A DNA stretch of 64,000 bases from Peribolospora baueri (lineage: Eukaryota). This document shows positions 1 to 12,749 of this stretch, in pieces. The DNA lies in contig JAMDHS010000012.1 of the NCBI GenBank assembly GCA_029717555.1, positions 186,001-250,000 on the forward strand. The letters are read 5' to 3'. Each line of letters starts with the position of its first letter. Positions within the stretch are counted from its first letter, which is position 1. The position numbers were made by a program, and so were the translations under genes. The notes beneath the pieces were generated by a model, which worked only from the letters and a program-made list of their open reading frames with translations, was not told the DNA's origin and did not search any database.

Positions 1-111
1 CGGTGGAGGAAGAGGGTTTGAGTAAGCGAGTGGCGGAGAGGATGGAGGAGGCGGGGAAGGGTTTGAGTAGGCGAGCGGAGAAGAGGTTGAAGAAGGTGAC
101 GCGCTGGCCAT
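1..111 (-). CDS. possible 5' end of a hypothetical gene running off the window
   Basis: ATG at 111 opens MASASPSSTSSPLAYSNPSPPPPSSPPLAYSNPLLPP, open to the window edge, with a duplicated PLAYSNP motif. No homology recognised. Confidence 0.3.
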   Translation of the reverse strand, partial: MASASPSSTSSPLAYSNPSPPPPSSPPLAYSNPLPPP

Positions 112-280
112 TGCATCCCGGTTGGGGGGTGAGTCTTGACTTGCCACACTGGACTGGACTTGTCCGTCCGTCCGTCCTTCCTTCGCCATCTCCAAAGTCA
201 TAAACATTCCCTCATCCGCCCTCGTCTCCTTCCGCCGCTCCCGACGGACGGCGTCTCCTTTTCTCTCTCTCACGCAGCGC

Positions 281-1009
281 ATGACCTCCCTCATGGACGC
301 CGACTTTGTCGTCCCAGAGGATCAGCAACGATTGCTCGCCGAAGCTGGTGGGTCATTCCTCGGTGTCGTGACGTCGTCCACAGGCGGCCAGGTGCAGGTG
401 CAGGCCGCAGGCCACAAGCTTACTTTATCGACCGGGACCCCGCTTTCTCATCTCGTTTGGGATGGTGCAGACTGGTACGATTGTCGTGTAAAATCGTCGT
501 CGCCGACAGGGTTGCAGGGGCCAAACCCTTCCCGACAGCACGACGGAGCGGACAAAGGTAAAGGTGCCACCATTCGATGCGACGACCCGCTCTCGTTGGC
601 CGAGTTTCGTTCCCAGCCGTCGAGCTCTGAGGCGCCGTCTGGATCTCGGAAGCGCAAGGTCTCTCCCGATGTGGAGGTGGCGGACGGAGGTGAGGAGGAA
701 GAGGCGGACGGAAGTGGGGAGGAAGGGACGGATGGAAGTGGGGAGGAAGGGACGGACGTGGACGACGCGAGCGAGAGTGGGCTTTCCGACTACGAGCGGG
801 CACAGAGGCAGACTCGAGGGGTGAAAAGGGCCAAAGGTGACGCGAACGAACCTTCTCCGAACGCGCGCGCCACCAGCGGCGGCGGCCGACGAGAATCGAA
901 AGAATCGACGCGGAGGACGGTGACGACGACGTCGTTCTACCCCCTCGACTCGTCCTCCTCGCCTCCGCCCATGCAGCCCGGCTCGTCCGGAGCGAGCTCC
1001 TCCGGCTAA
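281..1009 (+). CDS. hypothetical protein with acidic low-complexity C-terminal half
   Basis: 242-aa ATG ORF with a 21-bp tandem repeat (DGSGEEGT) and an RKRK basic patch. The true 3' end is uncertain. Confidence 0.45.
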   Translation: MTSLMDADFVVPEDQQRLLAEAGGSFLGVVTSSTGGQVQVQAAGHKLTLSTGTPLSHLVWDGADWYDCRVKSSSPTGLQGPNPSRQHDGADKGKGATIRCDDPLSLAEFRSQPSSSEAPSGSRKRKVSPDVEVADGGEEEEADGSGEEGTDGSGEEGTDVDDASESGLSDYERAQRQTRGVKRAKGDANEPSPNARATSGGGRRESKESTRRTVTTTSFYPLDSSSSPPPMQPGSSGASSSG

Positions 1010-2345
1010 ATCTCCCCCTCCGGTGGTCATCACATCACGTCCCCAGACGGCTCTGAAAACGACAACTCGGGAGGCGGAAGCGAAAATGGTGGCCATATGC
1101 AGGACGACGACGACGACGAGCGCGCTTGTCCTGTAATGCGCTAACTAATCTCTTGGGTCGGGTCGTGTCATCTTCTGACGAAAGCATGAGCCGTTTTGGA
1201 AATCGGCAGGAAGCAGCACACCACGTCTTGACTCGCTTTCTTCTCCATCACGTCCGTCTTCGAACGTTGCAGCTGCAGGTGTACGCGCGCGACGCTCGTC
1301 GACCGATGCCAATGCGAGTTCCGCCCGCTCTCGCTCGGACCGGCCAGCCGGCGCGGGAGGAACGATAGTGTATTAGAAGGAAAACCTTGGGGCGGCGTTG
1401 GCGGACAAGAGGAGGAGGAAAGAAGGAGCGAGTCGCCGTTTTCGTCACGCCCTGCTCATCACGGCGGAGCGTTTGCCCCCGTGCAAATATTCGCGAACGA
1501 GGCCGTTCTCAGGGGCCGAGGTCCGTGAGCGAGGGGGAGAAGGAGGCGGCGACGACGAGGCGCGCGTTGAGGCGCAGCGCGACGGTGGCTGACGAGCCAA
1601 GAGGGGGGGACTGCGAAGACGACATAGGTAGGTAGCGGGACGGGCGCACGTCGACTTTTTGTCGTCTGTACGATCTTGAGGGTCTCGTGTATGTGTGTTA
1701 CGGCGCCGTATAGATACAATCCCAAGCGCCGCCGCGCAACATTACCGCCTCGGAGGGACACCGCGGAGCCAAGTCGCACAGCGTCGCAGCCGGAGGTCCC
1801 ATTGAGAAGACCAGCAAAGTGCCTCGGGGGGAAAGCGCCAATTTGCCAAGGAAGTGGGGAGCGGAAAGGCTGGGACGACACAAAGTCTCAAGAGTGCAGC
1901 AGTGATGGATTAAACAGGCGAAGACGAGAGCGGGAGGAAGAAGAAGACAAATGACGAGACGACGCAAGGAGGACGAAGGACGAAACGACATAGGAGGACG
2001 AAGGTGTGGCGGGCAGAGATGAGTAGGTACGTTACGCTCGAGGATAGGGTTCGGCTGAGAGGAAACAGAACGGAGCGAGCGGGCAAGGGTATGGACGATT
2101 GCGAGATCTGGGGTCTGGTTTTGGTCTTAAAGCAGCGAGTCGACGAGGCGAGGGAAAAGAACGGACGAGTAGGTCTACAGAACGAAGCAAGCCTCCCGTC
2201 ATTCCGATGGGTGGGGATAAGAAGAAAAAAGAAGACGTCGGATGTCTTGTGGATTACGTAGGCTTTCCACAAGGGTGAAGCGTGGCCGAATGGAGTCGCG
2301 AGATAGCGCAAGAAGGGGGAGGCGTACGGTCGAAGGGGAAGAACT

Positions 2346-4838
2346 TTACTCCTCAGTGACCTCCTCTTCGTAGACGCCTTCCTCCTCGACGTACTCTTCT
2401 TCGGCCGTAGCGGCTTCGTACTACGTGCGAGCACACCAAAACCAAAAGCTGTCAATATATATATCCGAAAAGACTGACGATGGCAGAAGGAGACCGATCG
2501 CTCACCTGCTGGTACTCGCTAATAAGGTCGTTGAGGTTGGACTCGGCCTCGGTGAACTCCATCTCGTCCATGCCTTCCGCGGTGTACCAGTGAAGGAAAG
2601 CCTTGCGCCGGAACTGAGGAAAGGACGAGGCGTAGACAGAGCGCAGAGTTGAGCAAAGCGTGAGAATCCAAATCAATCCAGCCACGTTTCGGAACCAGAA
2701 AGCTAAGCTGAAAGAGTCATGTCGCTCGAGTCGTTCATCTCCTTCATTTCGTCTCCGACGACGTCCATCATCGTCTTCTTCTTCTTCGCTTGACCGCGAA
2801 TCAATGGCGGCCAATCGTCGTCAGGCAGTCTCCTGCCGTGTCCCGTCTCCAACGCATCTCACTCCGATCCCCATGTCCCCGTCTGCACGTCGGGCGCTCG
2901 CCCTGCCTGAATGGCCACGCAAACAAAGAAAACATAGCTAGGAAGGAAGAAAATTGGGCGGGCAAAAGTGGGACTCACCATGAGGCTGAACTGGTCATGC
3001 ACGCGCTTGAACAGGTCCTGGCAAGACGTGGTGTTGCCAATGAAAGTGGCGCTCATCCTCAGGCCGAGCGGTGGAATGTCGCAGAGCGCTACGAAGCAAC
3101 AGAGACAAGGTAAGTTTGCGATAGTTTAAAGACGGTCTATGTGAAGACCAGAAAAACCCATCAAGACCGGAAGGAAGACTCACAAGTGAGCGTGTTCTGA
3201 GGGATCCACTCAACGAACTGGTTCGAGTTCTTGGACTGGATAGAGTCCATCTCATGCTCCACGTCCCTGCTGCTTAGCTTGCCACGGAAAATGGCGGCGA
3301 CAGTGAGGTACTTGCCCAACCGTGGGTCCGTCGCAGCCATCATGTTCTTCGGGTCGAACATCTAGATTCGAAGGTGGCGGCAAGGGTAGACGGGAGCAAG
3401 CATTACGTTAGGAAGCGGCGAGACGGAAGAAGTACCCCAACTGGCTCAAGATCGCAACGGACGGAGGAAACAAGGGCCTCTTACCTGCTGCACGAGCTCG
3501 GGCACGCTGACCTGCTGGTACGCCTTGCCACCAGGAGCGACGAGCGGGGCAAAGCCGCAAATGAAGAAGTGGAGACGAGGGAAGGGAACCATGTTGACGC
3601 CAAGCTTGCGGAGGTCCGAGTTGAGTTGACCGGGGAAACGGAGGGTCGTGCTGCAGCCGGACATAGCGTAGCTGACGAGCTGGTTCAGGTCCGTATAGTT
3701 GGGGTCTTTGGTACGCAGAGTGCGTTGGCAGATGTCGTACAGGGCCTCGTTGTCCAGGCAGAAGGACAGGTCGGCGTTCTCGACCAGCTGGTGGAAAGAG
3801 AGCGTGGCGTTGTAGGGCTCGACAACAGTGTCGGAGACCTGAGAAATGGAGGTGTGCAATTAATCAGGGTCAATGAATGCCTCTGTAGCTCCCTCGGCCA
3901 AGAGAGAACAGATGGTGTATTGACCTTGGGCGAGGGAAGAATGGACCACGTGGAGATCATGCGATCGGGGTACTCCTCCCTAAGCTTGGAAAGCAAAGCA
4001 GTGCCGAGACCGGATCCAGTACCGCCACCGAGAGAGTGGAGGAGCTACAGAGAGGCGAGAGAGCACAGGGCGGCCCGGCGCGGCTCAGCGTGTTTGGCTC
4101 TTACAAGAAAAATGAGAAGGCAAGTGCGAAGCATACCTGGAAGCCCTGAAGCATGTCCGTCCTCTCCACTTCCCTCCTTGCGACGTCCATGATCGAGTCG
4201 ATGAGTTCCGCGCCTTCGGTGTAGTAGCCCTGAGATACACGACGGAGAAAGCAGACGAGGTTCATAAGCGAAGGAAGACTGGAACATAAATGAGATCGGA
4301 GGGGCCCAAGCTCAAACTCACCTTGCCGAAGTTGTTTCCGGCGCCGCTCTGCAGAGCATGTCAACGGCGCAAAATCCTTCAATAACATGTCTCATAACCA
4401 TTCCCAACCCGTTGGAAGCGCCTCACCTGACCATGGACAAAGGTATCCGGCCTAAAAAGCTGGCCCAAGGTACCGCCACGAATAGCGTCCAGGGTGTTGG
4501 GCTCGAGGTCAATCTGCAGCGAGCGGGGCACGTACTTGCCATTGTCGGCCTCGGAGAAGTAGACGCCAATGCGATCGGTCTGATAAGCGTCAGCGCCGCG
4601 GTAGTTGCCCGAGCCGTCGAGGCCGTGCTCGGCCAGGATGGTCTGCCAGAAGGAGGTACCAATCTGATTACCGGCCTGGCCGCATTGGAAGCTGGGAAGT
4701 CGGGGGTGGACGAAGGAGCGATGAGAAATTGTGAACAGAAGAGAGGGCGCGGTGAATGATCGCCACAGCCGCAGACAAAATAAACGGAGCAAAAAGCTGT
4801 GAGCGGGGTCTATCAACTCACCTGATGAGCTCGCGCAT
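2346..4838 (-). CDS. beta-tubulin, divergent (beta-2 type), multi-exon
   Basis: Exon 1 ATG at 4838 (MRELIS) splices to [11 protein letters not shown]. Further motifs: [81 protein letters not shown]. The acidic last exon [24 protein letters not shown] ends at TAA 2346-2348. Confidence 0.97.
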
Positions 4839-5201
4839 TTGGATTAAATGAGGATATTAGGGGGTCGTGGGTTTATGAAAAGAGAAAATATAAGAAGGAG
4901 GTGCAAGGTGGAGGCAGGGTAAGGGTGGACGATTGTGAGGACGGACAGCTCGGCTCGCGTGGAGGCGCGTTCGATGAGACGCACTCCAACGGCGTCTCAC
5001 TCCAAGTCCGCCTAACTCCGCAAGACTCAAAACTCCCTCCTACCAAGTGGACAAGGGTACACAAGCGAGACCTGGAATGAAGAGGAGCGCTTTGTGATAT
5101 TGCTTCTACCGGAGTAGTCATACTACAGAGAGGGTATTCAACCCGATCCCAAGCGAGGACCATCCAATCCAGCCCATTGCTTCCATCCGCAACCGACGCC
5201 C

Positions 5202-8070
5202 TCAGACTCCCTCCCCTTGCTTTCCAGGCACCTCCCCTGCCCAAGCCCCGCCGAACAAGCTTGGCCTCGCGCGGACCTGGCCAGACGCGGATCCTGACCT
5301 GGAATGCGCTGAGCCCAGGCCTGCGCCAGCAACGGAGGGCACTTCCTCAAGGTCCATCTGAATCACTTTCCCTCCCTGCTCTTCCACATCACCTCCCCGT
5401 CGAAGGGGTGGCCGAGACCGTGGCGCTCTCGCCCTCAGGGACGACGACCTGGACGCGGACGCGGACGCAGATGCAGAGCCGGAAAGCTCGCTAGCGGTGG
5501 AGCGCCTCACGTCGTCCAATTCGTGATGCTCCTGCTGCCCGAGACGTTGAGCGTGCCACCGACCTTCTCTGTCCTCGTTCTCCCGCTCGCCATCATAGAA
5601 GGTTGGTCCCACAGCCCTCTTGCTCGACTTCGCGGAGCGGTTCCTCACTCTTATGGTGTAAGGCACCCCTGGGCCGACGCTGGAGCCTAGGAGGCCGTCT
5701 ATGCTCATCTCCTCCCCATCCGACCGCCCCACGCCCACCCATCTCCTTGTCCCACCGCCTGGGCCCGCTCCACTTTCGAGGTTCGAGGCAGCGCCCTTGA
5801 GCGATGCCTGCGCCTCAGAAAGCAACTTGGTTCCCACCCTCGAGACGGTGGCGTACGCGCTGGAAGCGGCTCGCTCGAGCTGGGAGTACGCGTCATCTTG
5901 CTGCATGGCGCCAGGGAAAGGAAGGGCCGAGCCCGGTGGACCGCCCGCACCAGTGATGGTGGTCCAGGTCGTGGTGGTGGACGAGGGGGTCGAGAGATGG
6001 TGGCGATGAGAAGGAGAGGCCGACGAAAGAGGCGTCGGTCCAGTAGACAAGAAGGCCAGCGGCGCGCTGTTAGGTGGGGGCAGAGAAGAGAGTAAAGACG
6101 ACTGCGATGGGGACGTCGGACTCGACGGATTAGCGACGGCCGCGGAGACCGAGCCGCCTCGAGCACGTCTTTGGCCTCGGCCGAGCAGCACGTCCTCTTG
6201 TGTGCCCAGCGTCCTCGGCTGGTCTTCTGAGGCGGTGCGCAAAGGACGTTGCTCGCGAGGCTGATGGGGAGGGAAATACGTGAGATGAGAAGAAGGGACG
6301 CGCTCGACATGCACGACGTGGCGGGGTATGTTGGAGGCCGAGGTGGAGGTCGCGGAGGCAGAGGCTGAGACCGAGGTGGGGGAGGTACCTCCCCGTACGT
6401 GCTTTGAACGCCCTTGGACGGACTCGTCCACGCCCACTTCCCCCGACCGGTGGCCCACTGGTGATCCGACAGCGCCAGGCGCCCCAGTGACTCCGTTGAT
6501 ATGAGAGGGAGGCGCAGGTGAAGTAGAACGGGTGTAGGCCTTGTTGGTTGTCGATAAGAATCCCGTGGCCACGTCATCCTGCTCTTTCACCCAGCTTTGC
6601 GTCGTCTGGGCCGGGGGGACCTCCCCGACCTCGGCGAGCGACCTTCCCTGCCAATCGCTCGACTCTGCTAGAGCGTCACCAGTGCCTGTCCTCGTTGCCT
6701 CGCCCTCGGCCGCCTTTGGCGTGTCCGCGGGAGGCGGGCGGGGCACAAAGACCGACTCTGTACCTTCGATCGTAATGGTCGCGTTCAAAGGCTTATGTCG
6801 GCATTCTTCAACGGGAATGAAGACGTGCTTGCGCAAATGGATAGAGTCCGAGGGCCACATCTTGTTTGCACGGCGCAGGGTGGTCACCTGCGTCGTACGG
6901 CAAAAGCGAAAGGTGACGACCCCACTTGGCGATAAGCAGCTGCAACACAAGCCAGCCAAACGTGTGCAAACGCCTTGACCGGAGCGAAAGGGCGAAAGGC
7001 TCCCTTTGGACACTCACGTCTATCCCAAATGCCAAAGCAACGCTGGCCAACGAATCGCCCTTTTGCACCTCATACACGAAGACCTGCCGCATCGTGTCTC
7101 CCAATCTCCTTTCTGGGCCATCGCCGCCCTGGAAATCTCTCTCCTTGCCCTTGCCCTTTGGCCTACCCTCGTATCCTGACTCGGATGCATACCCCACCTC
7201 CGCCGACTCTTCCCTCACCCATCCTCCGAACCCAGAAGGTCTCGGACCTCGATCCTCCGACGCCGTCGTCCTCGCCGCTGTCCATCCGTACGCGACGTCC
7301 TCCGATCGCGCAAGCGAAGGCGGCGCTTCCGTGTCGCTCCGGTTCCTCGAATGCCCCTTACCTCCCGCGAGACCATGAACGGCTGGAGGTAGCCCGCTGC
7401 CGATGCCGACTTCTCGAAAGGAGCTTGTGAGCTCCGAGAGGAAGCTCCCCAGCCCGCTGCCTAGGCGCGAGGTCGAAGAGGTGGGCCCAACGGCGTGACC
7501 ATTGATCGGCTTGCCCTTGATGTTGCTATCCACATCCCTGCCCCTGCCCCGGCTCCCGTCCGTATGTTTCTCCTGTCTGTCCGAAGGCGAAGGCCGTAAA
7601 GGATGGTGCGGGGCGTTCGACGTGTACGAGGAAAAGGAAGGGCGACCTATCTGTGGAGTGGGGGAACTCTTCCAGTCTCGCCCACCATTCGTCTCGTGAT
7701 GATCGCCGTCGTCGCCGCCGCCTCCACCACTAATGTCGAGATGGACGTTGGAACTGCTGGCGGCGCGCCGGTAAGAGAGGGTGCCCGAGCTCGTACTCGG
7801 AATGGTAGACGAGGCGATGGGTGCGATGGAAGAGGAGAGACGGCCGGCGGTGCTACCGGCGTGGCCTCCACTGCCATAGTAGGGAGAACGACGATCCGGC
7901 AAGAAGGACGAATAAGACAGGTCGTCGCCATGTGCGTGCCCGTCTCTGCTCGCCCTCGTCCTCGAGCCGTCGGCGCCGTCGCCAGCGCCAGCGTCGGAGC
8001 CAGTACCCGTGCCGGTGTTGCCGGCGCCAATGTCAGAGCTAGGCTCGGCGAGGAGCGAGCTCGGGGACAT
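5202..8070 (-). CDS. LysM-domain protein, largely disordered, no signal peptide seen
   Basis: ORFs 6808-8070 and 5202-7013 join through intron 6888-7017 (GTGAG..CAG) to give YEVQKGDSLASVALAFGID|VTTLRRANKMWPSDSIHLRKHVFIP, a LysM consensus. Confidence 0.85.
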
Positions 8071-9118
8071 GGCATGGATGTGTCAAGGGCTGGCGGCAGA
8101 GCTTGAGCCCAATAAGACATTCAAGAAAGGACGAAAGGGAAGGACGAGAGGGATGGCCGCTTAGCATGGAGGTATCCAGGTGATGGAGCCAGTCAGTATC
8201 CGGTGTCGAGGACCAACGCCGTGGTTGCCGCAGCCGGTGGAACCCGGCCCCTTCATCCATTCGGCCATTCAGCGAGCTTCAACGAGGTGAGCGCGAACGA
8301 TGACCATTGATCATTAATTGCACGTGGCGAAAGGTTTCGTGGGCGGCGAAGATGAGCACGGATGGTCACCGAAGCTTCTTGTGCAAGTACATCTAGCTAT
8401 CTCCGCCAGCGCCAGTGTAAAAGCGACGACGAGCGAGCGAAGAGGGCGGGTGAGCTCTGCGGCTAGCGTTCTTGCCGACCTCTTCCTCTTCAGAGCCGTC
8501 CTTGCTGCCGACGTCACTGGCGGCATGGAGGCCGGCCATGTCACGCTCTCGCACTGGCTTGTCTAAATGTGCAGTCTGCTGGACAAAGTGTTTCTTGCTC
8601 TCCAGTCGATCTGGCGAACGATGCCACCAAGGGAGGCGGAGGATGCCCACGCCGACGTGCATGATCGACCTCGACGGGCAGCCGCTGGTCACTCCAGTTG
8701 CCCCTCCATCCTGCCCATCGACGCCCCCTTCTCCTCCGGTCGGCACCGACGTTCTTCCTCAGCTTCGACCCGTTCTATGACCAGGCTGTAGGGGCGATTG
8801 GGCACTGCAACCTCGGACACCTTTTCCTCGGGAGGTCCCTCGGGCACAGAGGAAGAGGAGACGTCCTCCTTCACCGACGGCGAGAGAGACGCAACGGAGG
8901 CGGTCGTTTCGGTGGGAGCCTCGGATCCGGAGATGGACATCAAATTGGAGAATGCCTCGAAGAAGTAGGGTGGTGATGGTGATGGTAAAGCCATGCGCGC
9001 GGCGACCGCCGTCTTACGTATCCTCGACGATGCGGGGAGTGAGGCCTTTCTCGCTGGACGCCTTGGCTATCTATTATAGATAGCTGTCAGCCAGACCGCC
9101 TCGTATAGGCGACGTTGA

Positions 9119-9892
9119 GATGCGCAAGTCCGTACGCTGCCTGTACCTGCCGAGAAGCCCAGGGTGTCCGAGGAACCGGCAAAGGAGCCCAAGGTGTCCA
9201 AGGAACCGTCCGAGGAGCCCAATGTGCCCGAGTCCGCGTCGACGACGAAAGAAGAGGACGCGAGCGCGAGGGCAAAACACTACACCGGTTCCCCTCTTTC
9301 CTCCCTATGCGCCTACCTCACCCTCTTCCTCAACGCCGTCCTCAACCTCCTCAAATTCTTCCTCTTCATCCTTTTCGTTTGGCCCCGCGAAATATGGGCC
9401 TTACGCGCTCCTGCTGCTCAAGTCCTTGCCGGCTCGGCTCTTCCCCGCGTTGATGTGGAGGGAGGGAAGAAGCGAGACGGTGTGGTCCAGCTGGAATTGT
9501 GGAAGGCCCGAGCGATCGTGAACCTGCTCCCGCCCGCCAAGGTAGGTGAGGAAATGGACGCGCGGCTGAAGAGGACGGTAGAGAGGTTGATGGAGTTTAA
9601 GCATCTGGAGAAGGGTGAGAAGGAGGGTCAGGGTAAAGGGGGCGGTGATGAGCAGGGAGATAAGCAGGAGGAGGAGGTTGGGGAGGACAGAAGGCGGAGA
9701 ATGGATGAGCTGGCTACGGAGTTGGAGCGAGAGCGTGAGCGTCCCATCTTCTATCCGTCCACGCCGTCCTCGACTGGTCGCGCTCATCCATCCACTCGCC
9801 CGTTCATCTCGCTCTCCTCTCTTTATCACTCTCAGCCCTTTTCAGCCTCACCCCGCTCACCATCCGTCTCCTTGGGGCGTCCACCTTCCTAG
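9119..9892 (+). CDS. hypothetical membrane-anchored protein (start unresolved; may be a pseudogene)
   Basis: Open frame with three 10-aa repeats, a hydrophobic stretch LCAYLTLFLNAVLNLLKFFLFILFVW and a charged helical region. There is no in-frame ATG ahead of the hydrophobic stretch. Confidence 0.35.
   Translation, partial: DAQVRTLPVPAEKPRVSEEPAKEPKVSKEPSEEPNVPESASTTKEEDASARAKHYTGSPLSSLCAYLTLFLNAVLNLLKFFLFILFVWPREIWALRAPAAQVLAGSALPRVDVEGGKKRDGVVQLELWKARAIVNLLPPAKVGEEMDARLKRTVERLMEFKHLEKGEKEGQGKGGGDEQGDKQEEEVGEDRRRRMDELATELERERERPIFYPSTPSSTGRAHPSTRPFISLSSLYHSQPFSASPRSPSVSLGRPPS
9146..9235 (+). repeat. 30-bp imperfect tandem repeat x3
   Basis: cctgccgagaagcccagggtgtccgaggaa / ccggcaaaggagcccaaggtgtccaaggaa / ccgtccgaggagcccaatgtgcccgagtcc. 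Confidence 0.85.
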
Positions 9893-10511
9893 CGTCGGTA
9901 GCGCTGCTCTATGTCCAGTACGTCGTCATCAAGAACCTCGTCAGGCCGTTCTTGTCTCTTCTTTGAGCCGATGAGACGGTTCGTCCGCCTCCACCCGCTT
10001 CCCTCGTGGGCGGACAGGCGGGTGGCTTGCTTCACTCAACGTGCGAGAACGGAGCTTGGCGGCCTTGCGCTCGACTTCGATGGCCCTGCTCGTCAGTAAT
10101 ATCATCTGCCACGCGTACGTTCGGCTCGTCGCTTTTGTACCATGTCTTCTTCAGCTCCATGCGGATTCCCTTCATCGGCGAGGAGGCACAGCCAGCCGGC
10201 CAACCTCGTCGGCTCGTCTTCGCTCCGTCTCCAATGCTGTCACGATCGATTCCATTGCTTCTCGCCTACCCCACTCTGTTACCCATGCCGACCGTTTTAC
10301 CGATCGTTTGGCCCCGTCTGTTCAATCGAATACCCAGATCCTTCTGAGTCTCTGAAGGGATGGCGCACTGTTCATGCTTTTCCTCTAAATCACTCCTGCG
10401 AGAGTATTTGCAGGGAGACCTGGCTTCCTTGCGAAAATAGACAGTGGACCGCGAAAGTCGTCCTAGGCACCGCTCCTTCCAGTCCATCCTGTCCCTCTCT
10501 GCGATAGCCTC

Positions 10512-12749
10512 TCACATCGCTTCGGCTTTCCGCTGACTCCCCTTCTCCTCTCCCTCCCCTCGCCCCTCATCCACGTCCACCACGATATCCTCATCCTCTC
10601 CAAAAGTCTCAACCGCGCCCCTGGGGTCCTCCGGGTAGCGAATGAAGTGCCCCTGCAGCTCCGCCATGCTCACCGCCCTAGCCAATCCATCCATTCGGCC
10701 CAATGCTCGAAGCTCTGCTACGCGTTCCACTTTGGCCGAGAGGGACGTGGCGAGCTGGTCTAACTCGGTGCGGGTGAGGGGCCCGCCGACAGGGGTGGGA
10801 GCGCCGGTCGAGTCCCCCTCGCCAACGACGAAGGCAGAATAGAAGTTGCGCGTCAGTGTCTCGACCTGCTCCTTCGTGGCATTGCCGATCTCCTCGGTTA
10901 TGTCCACCCGACCGGGTCTGACGAGTGCTGGGTCCAGACGCTCAGGATGGTTGGTGGTCATGAAGATGATGCGCGATTCGCCAGAGGCGACGCCGTCTAG
11001 CGAATTGAGGAGGCCTGAGAAGGTCACCGCCGATTGGTAGCTGAAGAGAAGGAACGCGGATCGTTTTATCAATCAGGACGACCAGAGCGATCGGCACAGC
11101 TGTCCTCGGCGAGGTGCGCGCAAGTTACGCTTCATACTCACCCGTCCTCGCTGGTCTGAACTCTTGTATTGAAGGCCGCGTCTACGTCCTCCAACAAGAT
11201 GATGCTCCTCTCGGGCGCGTTGGCTAGCAGGTGGTTGAGCTTGTCGTCGTTGAGACCTCGCTCGGAGAGGTTGAGGACGCAGATGTTGAAGTCTAGCGAG
11301 CCGGCGAGAGCGCTGATGAAGGAGGACTTTCCTGAGCCGGGTGGACCGTGGAGAAGGTAGCCTCTACGGTAGGGGATACCTGCGGACAAGGGACGGCCGA
11401 CGGACAAAGGTTGGGGGAGTATTGGGCGATGCGACGACTCACAACGGCAAAGACTCTCTTCCGTTCCTCTCTGCACCCACCTCTCTCGGCATACCAATGT
11501 CCCCTATTCAAAAAGTTTTGCACATCCTCTACGATTTTCTCCTTGAGGCCGGGCCTAAGTACGACGCTTTTGAGGTCTCGCCTCGACCTGGGAAGCCCGA
11601 ATGGCCTCCACTCTGGCCCCCAAGCGGTGTAAATTACTGTCTTGCCCACCATGCTCCGCATGGCCAGACGTCGAGCGTCTTCAAGCAGTTGCGGAAACAG
11701 GTGCGCGTCCGAGAAAAGCGTCGTTAATGTTACCGTCTCCCATGGCGTTCCTGAAACCAAGTCCATCGTTTTGCCGTCACGTTCTCTTCGGAGCTGGAAG
11801 CGGAAATAATGAGGAGGGCGGAAGAATCGTCAACCTCACCATGTATGGGCAGCAATGCCGCCTTTTCTGTTCCGTCTCAGCATCGGCAAGACGAGGAGGA
11901 AAGGATTGTAAACACACCCGCATCCAAGCACCCTTGTACTTGAACCAATGCATTCCCAACCCAGGAACGAGGATGAACTGCGCCTCTGAGCTTCCGTTAT
12001 CATGCTGCTTGTACACCGTCTCAACGCTCAGCTCGTGGCTCTTTATTATCACGCCTTCCGGACCGGGATCGCCCCTTCCGAGCCCCATGATGCCCTTGCC
12101 TCTGGAAGGAGAGCGGGCCTGCTGGCGCGCTTGCTCGGACATCCATTGCAGAAACCAGGGGTAGCTCCGGTCTTTGGATGGGATCTCGAGAGAGATGAGC
12201 ATGCGGCGTTGGGCGGCCCCTGCGCCGAGAGTCATGACGCGGCGAAGGATGGCGAGCCCAGCTCCGACGCCCTGAATGCGTGGAAAAAGAGATCGAAGGA
12301 GGGACGCTTAGTGGAGACTCTAGAAGTGAGATACCGGTTGAAATCGCTCAGATAGCCCTTCTACTCCTCACCATCAATCCAAAACCAGCAGAAAAGTACG
12401 GGCTGCGTACATGTCGAGGAAGTCCGGACCAGAGACGAGGTGGTCAACTTGCCGTCGTGGAACGACGTGCATCTCATGAATCCAAGGGAAAGAGGTCTTC
12501 TCACTTGTCCGCCATCATACCGCCAATCCACCCTCGCACTCCGTGCGCTTGGGCCGCCTCAGCTGCTCCACCGGCGCCGGCGCCTTCACCGCCACCGCTA
12601 CTGGGCGCGGTTGCTGAGGAAGGGTCGAGGTGGGGCGTGTTGGAAGAGCTGTCGGCCATTGGCATTGTTGCGCCCTCACTCTGCTGCTGCTGTCCGCCAG
12701 AGGCGGCCGTAGGGCCTGCTGTCCTCGGTGCTCGTGCGGCAGCGAACAT
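10512..12749 (-). CDS. BCS1: mitochondrial AAA chaperone BCS1 (complex III assembly), multi-exon
   Basis: Spliced [13 protein letters not shown]-terminal motif, [49 protein letters not shown] (Walker A), LLEDVD (Walker B), [32 protein letters not shown]. Confidence 0.96.
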
